A DNA stretch of 64,000 bases from the NCBI RefSeq assembly GCF_036321535.1, contig NC_087437.1, positions 58,964,001-59,028,000 on the forward strand, given 5' to 3'. The position numbers and the translations under genes were made by a program. Of this stretch, positions 11,635 to 23,600 are shown piece by piece. Source of the DNA: Camelus dromedarius (taxonomy: Eukaryota). Every line of letters starts with the position of its first letter. Within the stretch, counting starts at the first letter, position 1. The notes under the pieces are model-generated. The model searched no databases, was not told the origin of the DNA, and saw only the letters and a program-made list of their open reading frames with translations.

Positions 11635-11960
11635 ATTTAATTCTCACAACAATCCTGTAAAACAGAGAGTATTACCCCCATCTTACATCTGAGGACAATG
11701 AGATTCAGGGAGGCAGAGTAAGCTCACTAGAGTTGCCTAATAATAATAGTTGAAATGGTAGTAAAAGCAGAGGCTAATATCTATTAAGCGACTTACCATG
11801 TGCCAGGCATTTTACATTTATTAACTCGCTTTATTACAACAACCCTCTGAGATGATTAGTATTAGCACCATTTTGCCGACGACAAAACCAAAGCACCGAA
11901 AAGTTAAGTGACTTGCCCAAGGTCACACAGCAAGTAAGCGGAAGAGCAGTATAGGAACCC
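11635..11960 (-). mobile_element. Two tandem MIR fragments
   Basis: ttctcacaacaatcctgt...cccatcttacatctgagga; ttaccatgtgccaggca...gttaagtgacttgcccaaggtcacacagcaagtaag. Confidence 0.85.
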
Positions 11961-13019
11961 ATGAGAGGTATGCATGTTCCACCACACCAGTTTAGACAGT
12001 TCCCCATCTAAAGGAATACTGTACCCAGAGGGCTGGCCTGGTAACACCCAGGTATAGTCCCGGTGACCCAGCTACAGCTGCAGGACAGCTCTGGGCCCTA
12101 ATCACTGTCCTACGAAGGTGGGTGGGGATGTACTTTCTGTACTCCTGCTGTGTTCTCTGTGCACCAGTGGGGGAAAGGCTCGTCCTGCCCGACTGAAGGT
12201 ATATGTGGCTGTACTTCCGCTGGTATAAAATGGGACTGAGGGGCTGTTACCACAAAGGTGGCAGAATCTGAGAGTAAGAATTAGCCTAGAGAGACATTCG
12301 GACCAGTGGGAAGTAAACTTCCTGTAGTGTGTGTATGAGGGAAGTGATGCATCGAGCTCTTCCATACTCCAGAGAAATGAGCCCCCAAATCAACCTAGAA
12401 CCTTGGCCTTTTCCCTGCCTTCTCCCTGAAAGTCTCCTCTAATGACTCACTGCACGCCTCATACCTGCATACCAGGAAAGGGGGTGTCCTCAGTGGGGAA
12501 ACAAATTCTGACTCCTCGACAACTTTGTCCATCAGTAAATTAGAATGGCAGGCCCAGGCTTCAGAGTAGGAGGGCTCTGAGTGCCTGGCAAACTTCCTGG
12601 GGCAGGGAGGGTGACACCAGGCCCATCCTGACTCTCAGGTAAGGTCCTGGCTGAGCTGCCAGGTGGCATGTCACTCTCACTCCTCTCCTTTTTTCAGACA
12701 AACATTTCTAGCCAACTGACTCCCATCACTACCTGTTCTACCCCTTTCCTTTAAGTCAGATTGCCAAGAGCCCTTTCTGAGAATGACAGAATGAGCATGA
12801 ACAAACCACCAACCTGTGCAAAACAGGCAGCACGCACGCAACTCCCCGTGGGTGTCGTAAACACCACCCCTACAGGCCCCAGCTCTTTCTGATGAAATCA
12901 GAACGTTTTGAAAAGTCCTGACTTCCAGACTTCCCAGAGTCCGTCTCTCCACCTTGTTGAGATCCAGCGTGCTGGGAAGGAATTCTAGAACACAGCAACT
13001 CCCATCTGGTGAGCACACC

Positions 13020-13258
13020 GGTTACAAGCACAGGCTCTAGAAAAAGACTGCTTAAATTTAAATCCCACCCCTACCACTTCCCAGCTGTGTGAAGTTGAGG
13101 AAGCTGCTCAACCTCTCTGTGCCTGTTTTGTTGCCTGTAAAGCAGGGATAATAAGAATTCCTACTTCCTAGGATTCATTGGATCGTTGCAAAGATTAAAT
13201 GAGTTACTGCATTAAAGTGCTTAGCACAGAGTAAGCGCTCAATACATGTGAACTACTA
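13020..13258 (+). mobile_element. MIR, near full length
   Basis: ggttacaagcacaggctctag...aacctctctgtgcct...aagattaaatgag...aaagtgcttagcacagagtaagcgctcaata. Confidence 0.9.
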
Positions 13259-13489
13259 TCATGGGACCTCAAAACTTCTACCCCCGAAAGAACGCATTTT
13301 AGGGGGTCAATTCCAACTTCGCTTTCCCGTACTTCAGGCAGGTCGAGGCAGCTCATAAAGCGGCAACCTCAATCAGTTTGGTGGAGGGAAGGCAGATTTC
13401 CTCCGATGAGGGTTTAAATCTTCCCTGCCCTTGTTGACCACATAGTATCTGCAGGAAAGAAAAAAACAAAAAACAAAACAAAACTCCAG

Positions 13490-13900
13490 GCCGGAGACCC
13501 ACCCCAGGGAGGATGAGGAAACAGGCTCCTTCCAACCTCCTTGAAAATCCCTTGGCCGGGTTCGCCCCAACCCCCCACCTCGACATCCCCCGCAGGCTCC
13601 GCAGCAGATGCTCAGACCCTTCAGAAACGTAACACCCGGGAGGCGAAAGCTTGCAAGTTCCCAGAGCCTCCCAGGCACGCGGCCTCTCTCCCCACCGGCA
13701 GCGCCTTAAATACCAGAAGACTTGCCAAAGATGGAACTGTTTTGTTGGGAGCTCGGGTTTCTCCCGCCGCGGGGCTGAGCCGGTGGCGCAGCTGCTCAGA
13801 GGTCACGCCCGAGACTCGTCCGCACAAGCCCGGGCGGGGGCTGGGGACGCGGGGGCGCGCAGGCTTCTCCCGGGACCTGCCGGGTGTCTCTTCCCATCTT
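13490..13900. promoter_or_regulatory. CpG island (no associated gene visible)
   Basis: Dense CpG and high GC over ~400 bp; GC box gggcggggg at ~13832; E-box cagctg at ~13790. Confidence 0.7.
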
Positions 13901-14499
13901 CATTTCACAGAAACACAACCCGCAGAGGTGGCTTTCCAATGCCAACGAAAATACCCTTTTTTGCAAAACAAAAGGGATGCAAAACAAAACCAAACAAAAA
14001 GGCCCTTAAGTGAAAAAGAAATGTTTCTTTTTTTAAAAAAAATGCTAATTATGAGTTTTTGTTGTTGTTAATTGTTTCAGAATTCAGTCTGTATGGGATA
14101 TGGAGTTCTTTTTCTGGAAATGGCTGAAAGAGATAAACCTAAATTTGCCCTAGGAAACCTGAAGCTGGTCAACCTTGAGAAGTTAGTCTTCATTTTCTAT
14201 TAAAATATTTGCATTTGTATGCTTAGAGCCCTCTGCATATGATAAAAATAGAAGGCACTGAACAGTTAACCACCTGTGTTTTCCTTGGATTGCGTATTTT
14301 CCATTGTAAACAAGAAAATACAGATTGGAAATCCATTCATTCCTTCGTAAGAAGTGGTTCAGTTGGGGTTTATTTGTGTTTTCAGTCAATGGAACCCCAA
14401 AACAACCTTTGCAAGATTAAGATATTTCATGCAAAGAAGCTCCAAGACATCTTTTGATCCCTTCTGCAGCTATTTCCAAGATGTTTTAATGCAGTTAAT

Positions 14500-14720
14500 A
14501 ATCATAATTACTATTTAATTTACTAAGCACATACGAGGGCACGTACTATGTGTTTGACTTGTCTTCTCATTTGTGATATTACTGGGAAGGAGTTATTCTT
14601 AATTTCTGTTTTACAGGTGAGGAGACAGCTTCAAAGAAGAGAAGCAGTAGCTAATAAATGAGGTGGCCTTTATGTCCGTGCCACTCAGCTCAGAGAGCTG
14701 CAGAACTGTACTCTTTTCAC
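14500..14720 (-). mobile_element. MIR fragment
   Basis: atttactaagcac...gttttacaggtgaggagac. Confidence 0.55.
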
Positions 14721-15069
14721 CACCATAAACCACTTCCAGTGTTTAAGTATTTCTAAGTAAATGGATGGTTAGGAACATAAAGGTGTATCTGAGTTTTTAA
14801 TTGCCAATATAACTTTCAGGGGCAGAGGCATACAGTGAAAGGCACTGGTTTCTAGAGCTAGTGCTGCCTAGATTATTTTGTCATCCAACCTTAATAAGCC
14901 CCCTGCCTCAGTTCCCCCTCTCTAAAATTAGACAGTCTCTCTAAAGTGCTATCAAGCACAGACATCTAAAGATTTATCCGAAATTAAAAGTTCAGACTCT
15001 CCAGCCTGTTCTTGGACACGGCATCATGTTAATCACTGCATTCCTGATTCCCGGGTTCCTCTTACCCAA

Positions 15070-15238
15070 CTGTGGTTCTCAATACTGGCTGCACATCAGA
15101 ATCGTCTGGAAGAGCTTTTCAAAATACAGATGCTCAGGCCACACCCCCAGACTCTGATTTAATTGGTCTGACGTGTGGACCACTGGGTATATTTCAAAAG
15201 CTCCCCAGATGAATGTGCCGCCAGGACTGAATATTGAT
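15070..15238. mobile_element. MER5B-like hAT-Charlie MITE
   Basis: tggttctcaatactggctgcacatcagaatc...ctgatttaattggtctg...aaaagctccccag. Confidence 0.85.
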
Positions 15239-16018
15239 CTAACCTAGTGAACTACTCCAATTTCACCCACCCCAGTCATGCTTTTATACATGTAGTTGCT
15301 GTAACTGGAATTCCTTTTTATAAAACCCAATAATACTAGTGCTACCAGAGTCAATCTCAAAACAGATGTGAGCTTTTTACTTTATTTGTGTAATTTGCTT
15401 GAATAAGTTAAGACGTGTCACCAAAGCTTCAAAATGCTGTAAGAGTGTGTGTGTTGTTGAGATAATACATGATTCTTCAAGAGCTGAGGCAGAAGAGCAT
15501 TACAGTAACTAGAAGGTTCTAGGTCAACCTGATCCAATAATTGATTGGCCAGGTGAAAGAAATAACACAAAATATTTATTTAACCCAAGGGTAATACCCA
15601 ATTCTTTGGAAGCAACTTATTTTAGACCTGGTCTAAGAGACTGGCCTGAGCTGGAGGGGGCACAAGTATAGAAGTCTGGATAAGAGGTCATCAGCTTGGA
15701 GCCATTTTTATGGCTATTTTATGTACTATTAGTCTCTTAATTCGGCATCTGTTAGAGGGAGGCAAACTTTCCAAAGCTCTCCCTCTAAAAGTGATCCAAA
15801 GACAAGTACCCAGGGAAAGTCCAAACATTCTGGTAAATCAAAAAAGATTTACTTTCTTTATGGAAAGATTTACTGATTTCTTGATATACAAAAGAAACCT
15901 GGAGAGTTTGTTTCATTAAAAAAAAAAAAAAGGTCTGTTATAGTTTGACTGTTCATTAAGCTTAAGCTCTTCTCGTTATTTTGCATGAACCTACAAAACC
16001 CAGCAGTCCACCACCACA

Positions 16019-16019
<1 letters not shown>

Positions 16020-16075
<56 letters not shown>
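16020..16075. repeat. (CA)28 microsatellite
   Basis: Read directly. Confidence 0.97.
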
Positions 16076-16077
<2 letters not shown>

Positions 16078-17021
16078 GGAAACGTAGTCTTTTCATCCAA
16101 CCTCTGGTGACATTGTTCAAGTGGATGAAATATGAGTAGGTGGTATTAATTGATACTGCGATCAGGACAGTAATTTCTCCAAACATCTTTGGTAGGAGTG
16201 ACATTTAAACAGGAACTTCAGGTGATTTTGTGGACCTTTGGCCTTTACCTGTTACTTGTAAACAATCTCAACCCTACAAAAAGGACACAGGATTCTACTC
16301 AATGTAAAAATGTGTGAAATCGCCTTACATGTTAAACCGCTCTGTTTCCCCTTGGCAAAAGGCAGAGTAACATTTCTGTACAGGGAATGGCTTTGATCTT
16401 GCCTTCCAGCGACAGTGTTTACATCCCAGTAATATTCATCTGGATCAATTAATAGTCACATGAATGAATATACAGCCCAAGATCATGTTCTTAAATAAAG
16501 TTACCATTCAAAGAATGAATAGGGTGGGGGGCGCAGTGCTTGTGAAGATCTTATCCCAATAATCTGAAGATGAAAATGCTAGAAAGATGCAGAAATGTTC
16601 TTAATATGAATTTCTGTGATAAACTCTGGGTTCACAAAAAAAAAAAATCATTTCAGGACTAAAACAAGGCAGGTACAAACTGATTAAAACTTGCTTAAAT
16701 GACGAAACTGGGGGAAAATATCTTGTCAACCCAGATACATTGTCCTGCATAGATGAAAGATGGGTCTGGGTTTAAATTTTTCAAAAAAATAAAAATAAAA
16801 ATCAGCCTAGGTAAGAGAAAGGGACTTTGAAGTAACAAGGAAGTTGTCACTTCTTGTGTGAACTACAGGGATCAGATCAGAAATGCTGACCTTGAGAAAA
16901 GAAGCTAATAGTGCAGTTTCCAATGCAGGAAATGATTTTTTAAATCTCTTTCCATGTAATGATATGTAGTCTGAGTTTGGGGACAGAAGTAGCCGAATCA
17001 AAATATGTTTCATTTCTGCCT

Positions 17022-17115
17022 AATCCAATAAATATTTACTGAGCATTTACTATGTAGTAGGCACTGGGCTAAACATAAAGATACCAAGATGAGTAAGAGT
17101 CAGTCCCCCTCTTCA
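17022..17115 (-). mobile_element. L2 3' end fragment
   Basis: aataaatatttactgagcatttactatgtagtaggcactgggcta. Confidence 0.75.
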
Positions 17116-18084
17116 AGACACCCGCCCTCAAGAGACACTGCTTATGGTGAAAATGCATGTGAGGTATTAGGATGACCGCAGCTTCAGAGCTGATAACTCT
17201 AGTTGCTGGTAACTCGAGGCTTGGGGTTCAAGATTGATTGGGGGTAACTTGGACATCCCACCAGCTTTGATCATTAGGTCAATCCAACAAAAGATCCCTT
17301 GGGGCCGACCCTGGGCAAGAACGGGAAGATGCAAAGGAGAGGGTAGAGATGAACGTCTTCCAGAGGTTCCCCAGCCGTTTCCAGATGAGAAGGAAAACTG
17401 GATGAGTAAATTCAATGAGAACACATTGCACTGGCAAGTAAACACTGCTGAATAATTGGTTCTCCCCAAGAGGAACTAGATAGACCTTTGAAATGCTTTG
17501 CAAAAATGACACTTTAAAACGCACAGCAGGTTAAAACTCCAGAATGACAAAGTAGCTTTACCAAGCACTTAGTCAGTGGCCTTCCTTCAGCGCATTGGGC
17601 TGATTATGCAGAAGCAGATATTAACTGGTGAGCTTCTCTCTTTCTGTCACAGACATTCAACCCTTTGTAGAGAGGTTTTAGGAGCCATCAGTTTATAATT
17701 TAATGGGCTTCTAAAGGAAAGCAAAGTACTGATACATTTGAATTCAAAATAGAGATGCCAGTAAAAAGTCCAACCACCTGTAGACAAGAGTTGGAGCCAA
17801 AAGTTTATCACTGAAGGAAATGCTACATCATTCCAATGGTTCCACAGCTTTCCCAACCATCCCAGCCTGGATGGCTGTGACTGCACCTAAATTCTCAAAG
17901 GCCCCTGGGCTGTATCCCTGTGTCCCACATCGGGCAGCACAGTTTGGAGCTGTTCTCTGGTTGGATCATGGTCTTCCCGATCAATCTGCGAGACCAGGAC
18001 ACTAGAGATCACATCTCCTCTCCCCGCTGCCAGGGCTGCTTGCACAATACGGCCGAACACAGCCTGACAGGGGAAGCCTTATTA

Positions 18085-18230
18085 CACTTGGACCAGGAGA
18101 CCTGGGCTATGCCCAGTGTGACCACTGACTAGCTGCTGACCTTGGAAAATTAACTTTTTTGTCTGGACGTTCGTATCCTCATGTATAAAGTAAAGAGGAT
18201 GGGTTATACATTCTTTGAGGCCTGTAAGAT
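18085..18230 (+). mobile_element. MIR fragment
   Basis: caggagacctggg...ccactgactagctgctgaccttgg...cctcatgtataaa. Confidence 0.65.
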
Positions 18231-19311
18231 TATGCGATTCCTAGGGAATACCAAATATCTCTCTCAGGTTCTCTCTCCACACACACACACACAAACACAC
18301 ACGTGGGCGCACACATACCACACCACCTCCCACCTCACTTCTCCTTTCTTAAATGAGTCAAACACACACCATCAAACACACACCTCTCCGGATGAATGCT
18401 CTAAGACTGGCATTTGATTCTAACAATATCAACAGGACATTGACCCCAGCTCCCACAGAATACAAAACTGAGTACCACACGTGACCAATTCTTTACCGTT
18501 TCCAGGACAGGATCCCACAGAGTTCTATAGTAACCTGTTTTCCCTCTGGGCCCACTTCACAGAAGAGGGTTCGATGCATCACATCACTAGCTAGTAAATC
18601 AGCTAGTACGTTGTCTCCCTGCCACAGAAGCCCCTGCCCCCCCTCCCCCCCCCCCCCCCGAGGGGCACCAGGTACAGTTGAGCATCCTTCTTCTCCAAGT
18701 GGGCGGAGTGACTGAAGTTCAAAAAGAGAGAAGAGCAACACAGGAAGAGACGGGGAAAGAGGGAGGGCGAGGAGAAGAGGGTACTACATTGCTGATACTG
18801 GACAAAAACCCTCCAGCCTTCATCCGCCCTCAGCTCACAGCACCTCACACCTCCTAGGATGTGGAACCTGTGGGTTACTCTTCTGACCCTCTGCCCCTTC
18901 CCTGCCCTTCTCTGCTCCCTCTCCTCCCTAGGCTGCCCAAAAAGAATGTCCACTGCACTCTCTCTCCAGCTGTTTGATCCTTTTAAAAGTCTCTCACTTG
19001 TCTGTGGCATATGCTTCAAACGAAAAATAGACCTTGGGCATTCAGGATGGGAAGAGTATTAAATGGCAACAGGCAGCCTCGTGCCCAGGGCGTGGGCAGT
19101 CCCTGGATAGCTGTGATGACCAGATGACCTGGATTTGCCCGGATGGTCCTAATTTAAAACATTCTAGCCTCTTGTCCTGATAAGTGCCTTCACACTTGTC
19201 AAACCATGTGTCCCTATTTGGGGTTTGGAAAATATAGTTACCACATGGATACCTGATATCCAAGTGTCGAACAGGCCCAGGGTCAGCGTCATGTGGGTGG
19301 AAAGAGGACAG

Positions 19312-19415
19312 ACATTGGAGCCAGACAGATCTGGGGTCAACCAGCTCTGCCACTTACCGTGTGGCTTGAGGTAGCTTTTATTCTTTCTGAGCCTCAGTTT
19401 CTTCATCTAAAGAAG
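19312..19415 (+). mobile_element. MIR
   Basis: ttggagccagacagatctggg...cagctctgccacttac...ctgagcctcagtttcttcatct. Confidence 0.85.
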
Positions 19416-20613
19416 GGTGAGTTTCCCTAGAAGTCAGCCCCATGGATTTTGATTTAGAAAAACCACTGCTCCCAGGCACTTAATATCTCCCAGATGTTTC
19501 TGCCTTTCTGTCTGTACTGTCATATTGTTTGGATTTTGGTTAAATCTGGTGTGTTACTATTTAAAGCATTAACCTAAATGCATGGTTCAGAGTGTCATCT
19601 TCAACGGCCATGATAACAGCAAGCAAAATATCCCAGCAGATGTAAAACGCCCTTCTTCCTGCCTGCCCACCTAATCCAAATCCTCCCCAGTCCTCAAAAG
19701 TCCATTCCAGCCCACTCTCCACTGCCCCCTCACAGGTTCACGGGGGCTGGTCCTGCCCAGCCCGCTCGGGGGGATGGGGGATGGGGGTAGCGGTTCTCAT
19801 CTAGATCACTGCTGGAGGTTCCAGCTGCCTTTGCCCCTGCGCTCACCCTCCTCTAATCAGTTTGGCACAAGCCCAGCCCACGGACCTTCCTTGAGTCCCT
19901 CTCTCCACCTGGTACCCAGGGACCAAGGCGGACAGTGGAAGGTGGGTCTACTGGGGAGCCAGCCAAGTGCCAGCACTGATCATGGCATCCCACTAACCCA
20001 CTGTTGGTCTTAGTCTCGTCACTTGACCTTTCTTACCCTTGGTGCCCTCATCTGAAAACTAGGATTAGGTTTCCTATAACTGGTGCCTAGAAGAAGCATT
20101 TTCAAAGCCTTATTGTTGTCATGTCTTTTAATAAGCGTTTACACCTCCACTCCCAAACCTTCTTCATCTCCTATTTCCAGGATATGTTAAGCACAAACTC
20201 AGGCTTAAAAACCCTCCAAATATCCAGCATTCAGAACCTTCCATAATCTGGCCACACCCCAAGTTTCTCAAACTTATTTCCTGCCTGGCACACACTTTTG
20301 GTACCAGCCATGCCAGGCTCCTCATGCCTGCTCGCCCCTTCCTCTGCACTTCTGCCCAAGCTGTTCCCTTCACCAGATGTGCCCTCTGCCCACCTAACCA
20401 AGGAGGGCTCTCCTTCTGGACTGAGTCACACCCTTTCCCCACTGCTATGACTGGATTGTGCTCCCCGCCTCCAAATTCATATGTTGACACTCTAATTCTC
20501 CTAATGTGGACTGTATTTGGAGATAGGGACTTTAAGGAAGTAGTTAAGGTTAAATGAGGTTATAAGTGAAGGGCCCTAATCCAACAGCATAGGTGTCCTT
20601 TTAAAAAAAGACA

Positions 20614-21136
20614 CCCAAAAATATTATATGATATCACTTATATCTGGAATCTAAAGAAATGATACAAGGCAGAAAGGGTGTAGTTCAGTGGTAGAGTGCA
20701 TGCTTAGCATGCACAAGGTCCTGGGTTCAATCCCCAGTACTTCCAATAATAAATAAACCTAATTACCTCCCCCCCAAATTTAAAAAATAATAATAAAAGA
20801 TATTATTTAAATAAATAAATGATACAAATGAACTTATTTACAAAACAGAAACAGACTTACAGACACAGAAAACAAACTTATGGTTACCAAAGGGGAAGGA
20901 GGGGGAGGGATAAATTAGGAGTATGGGATTAACAGATATATATTACTTTATATAAAATAGATAAACAACAAGGCCCTATTGTATAGCACAGGGAGCTATA
21001 TTCAGTATCTTGTAATAATCTATAATGGAAAAGAATCTGAAGAAGAATCTATATATATATAACTCAATCACTTTGCTGTACACTAGAAAGTAACACAACA
21101 TTGTAAATCAACTATACTTCAATTAAAAAAAAAAAA
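20614..21136 (+). mobile_element. 5'-truncated cetartiodactyl-type L1 3' end
   Basis: atgatatcacttata...aaacaaacttatggttaccaaagggga...ttgtaaatcaactatacttcaatt-poly(A); TSD aaaaaaagaca after tttt. Confidence 0.92.
20668..20816 (+). mobile_element. tRNA-derived SINE (camelid Vic-1-like)
   Basis: A box tagttcagtgg, B box ggttcaatccc, AT-rich tail; perfect 11-bp TSD aaatgatacaa (20657-20667/20817-20827). Confidence 0.9.
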
Positions 21137-21999
21137 GACAGCTGAGAAAAACCTTATGAGAAAAGACTGCCCCACCCCGGCCCCGCCATGTGAGGACACA
21201 GTGAGAAGGTGGCCATCTGCAAGCCAGAAAGAGAGCTCTCAACAAAAAACAGCACCTTGACCTGGGACTTTCAGGCTTTTAAAACTGTGAGAAAATCACT
21301 GTTTCTTGTTTAAGCTCCCCCTCCCTCTCACCGGTCTATGGCATTTTGCTATGGCTGCCCTGGTAGACAATATCCCCACCATCACCGCTCTCTCCTTCCT
21401 CGGAACCCTGTGTCATTGTCGCCTGCCCTCACATGATAGCACTAAATTTGTGACACTCTCTCTTGCTGAGTCAGTAATTTCCCCCGTGCGTGCCCATTCT
21501 GCACCTCCACTGAGGAGAGAAGCTCTTTGCAGGTAGGAACATGCAGGTCTCTATTACCCACAGTCCCAGCATGAAGCATTGCACACAGCAGATGCTTAAG
21601 AGATGCCTACCTGGTTAAAAGTCATGCCCTGAGGGAGGAGGAAAAGTGGTCCTGAGAAGACAGGAGTCTGTCCAGTGTGGCAGTGAGACACGTTTAGACA
21701 CACACACTTACCTACACCGAGACATTTGCTTCTCTATGTCCAGTCTCAACTCTGTCACCGCGGCCCCCGAAAGGACACTGGGAAAGGGGAAATACACAAA
21801 AATAAACAACAGATGGCCCACACTGAGATAACAAGGAGTTTCCCCAACCACCAGGCTAGCTAACAAAGAGATAGTTGTACCATATTGAAATAGTCCTTGA
21901 AAATACTAGTCATTTAGTATCGGCATATTTTATGTGTATGCTGATAAGAATTCACATACTAAATATTTTAGCAATTTCATATAAATATATATGTATATA

Positions 22000-22152
22000 T
22001 GTACTTTAAATTGAGCTCCTGTTGTGTGCCATCTACTACACAAGTCACTTCAGACCCAATACCAATTGAACTTGTCTCCATCTTACAGGTGAGAAATCTG
22101 AGGCTTCAAGAGGTGCATTGCATAACTTGCCCAGGTCACACAGCCAATAAGT
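22000..22152 (-). mobile_element. MIR fragment
   Basis: ccatcttacaggtgagaaatctgaggct...aacttgcccaggtcacacagccaataagt. Confidence 0.8.
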
Positions 22153-22849
22153 GAAATTGTGAGCCAGTGATAGATGGCATTGGAAAAGCATTCCTACACT
22201 AGATCGTGCAGCCAACAAACAGAAGAGACACCATTAAGCAGAACTTCCAAACTACGGTTTGTGGCTAATATAGAAAGGAGGGCAACATAGTCCCCATCCT
22301 TAAGCAATCATAGAAGAAAGGAGAAGACATGTAGATCACAAACTGTAGGTGGCTGTAAATGCCAGAAGAAGGGACAGGAGTCAAGTATTTCAGGAGTTCA
22401 GGAGAGGGACCAGTTGTCCCCTGACCTTGGGCCCAGACATTGAAGGACAAGCAGGAGCTGGGTACCGACATTGAAAGATGCTGATGTAGCACTGGGATGC
22501 AGGGGAGGTTTCACTAACCAGGGCCCAAGGCTTGTAGGCAGTGCACCCCTAGGAAGACATGGTGAGGTGACAGGAGTAGGACCTCTAGCAGCGTAAGGAT
22601 GACTTTGGGCAAAGCTGCTGGGGTCCCAGCACACACGGTTTACCCCCACCCTCCACATGTGAGTGCTCCACTCCCAACTTCTCTAAGGCAGGGAACTCAA
22701 TTAGGGCACTTGGCTGCTGAGAAGGGCATGATGCCTAGGAAGGGAGTTTTGGGGGTGTGGCAGAAGGGGCCCCAGTCTTGGATTCTATAAGTAGTTTTGT
22801 TGCCACCCAGCAGGGTGAACTTGTCTAAGTTTCCCAGCGTGGCTGGACT

Positions 22850-23600
22850 TAGACAGCCTTGGCCTGGGGGATTTCTGAGTACCGCGTGGTTCCCATTTAC
22901 ACCAGGCGCTGCGCTGGAGTCGTGGGTGCACGGAGAGAGGAGGCATGATCCCGCAGAGTGGCTCAGAGCCTCTGGCCCTGAAGGAAGCTGTTTCTGATTT
23001 GGGGGACCCAGGTACAGCAGGGCCTCCAACTCAGAGTTCTGATCACTGAGCATGACCCCAGGGTGCCTAGTGGGGCACCGAGAAGGTGCTCAATGGACAC
23101 CCCCAGTGGTGTCTCAAACCACAGCCCTCCTGGCCCTCATTCCCCACGCCCTGCGCTCAGACGACTGCTGGGTCTAACAGGGCCAGCCTAACTAAACCGA
23201 GAGAGACTAGATCTTACAGCCAGTATCTGAAAGGCAAGGACAGGGCCCTGCTGGGCTGCCGCTGCGGCTGCAGTGGGCGGGCGGGCGGAGCGGTGGGTGC
23301 GGCTGGCGCGCGGAAGTGCCCCCGGGGCCCTCGCGGCAGGCGGCTCCCGTTTCCCGGCTCGGCTGGCCGGCGGGCGCGGGGCAGCTGCTGGGAGGTGAGC
23401 GGAGCAGCGTTTTCCCACAGTCTGGGGCGGTGACACATGGCGCTCACACATTCCACAGCCGGCGGCCCGCGCCAGGCCTGGCCGCGAGTCAAGGCAGCGC
23501 CGGAGCCGCTGCCGAGCAGGTTCCGACTTTGGCACCCGCCGCGCGCTCTCCCGCCTCCCACGCCGCCCGCTTAACCCTTGCAGGGCTGGACACCACTGCA
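22850..23600 (+). promoter_or_regulatory. CpG island with promoter-like architecture and candidate non-coding first exon ending at 23394
   Basis: Very CpG-dense core 23250-23570; overlapping GC boxes gggcgggcgggcgg; ETS cggaagtg at 23311-23318; donor GAG|GTGAGC at 23394/5; YY1-like acatggcg at ~23435. Confidence 0.72.

Larger units (their letters stand above)
20443..21374 (+). mobile_element. MLT1A-type MaLR solo LTR interrupted by L1 and SINE
   Basis: tgctatg...caaattcatatgttga...tatttggagatagggac; resumes with gccatgtgaggacacagtgagaaggtggccatctgcaagccag; perfect 5-bp TSD cccac (20438-20442/21375-21379). Confidence 0.9.

Noticed and set aside
8135..12670. CTCF-like cores (cctccagatggcc at ~8135, ctgccaggtggca at ~12656)
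   Set aside because: Mismatches at informative positions; cannot be distinguished from chance without PWM or ChIP data
13541..14071. 176-aa ORF
   Set aside because: Non-ATG start, spans the CpG island and A-rich tracts; no domain
20668..20746. tRNA-Ala-like sequence (also 32032 and 32897)
   Set aside because: Followed by AT-rich/poly(A) tails and flanked by TSDs, so these are SINEs rather than tRNA genes
9688..21136. Two same-family L1 3' ends in inverted orientation
   Set aside because: Independent insertions with their own TSDs, 10 kb apart; not a composite element
3850..23400. Roughly 9.8-kb spacing of the first three CpG elements
   Set aside because: No sequence similarity between the intervals, so not a tandem duplication; probably coincidence
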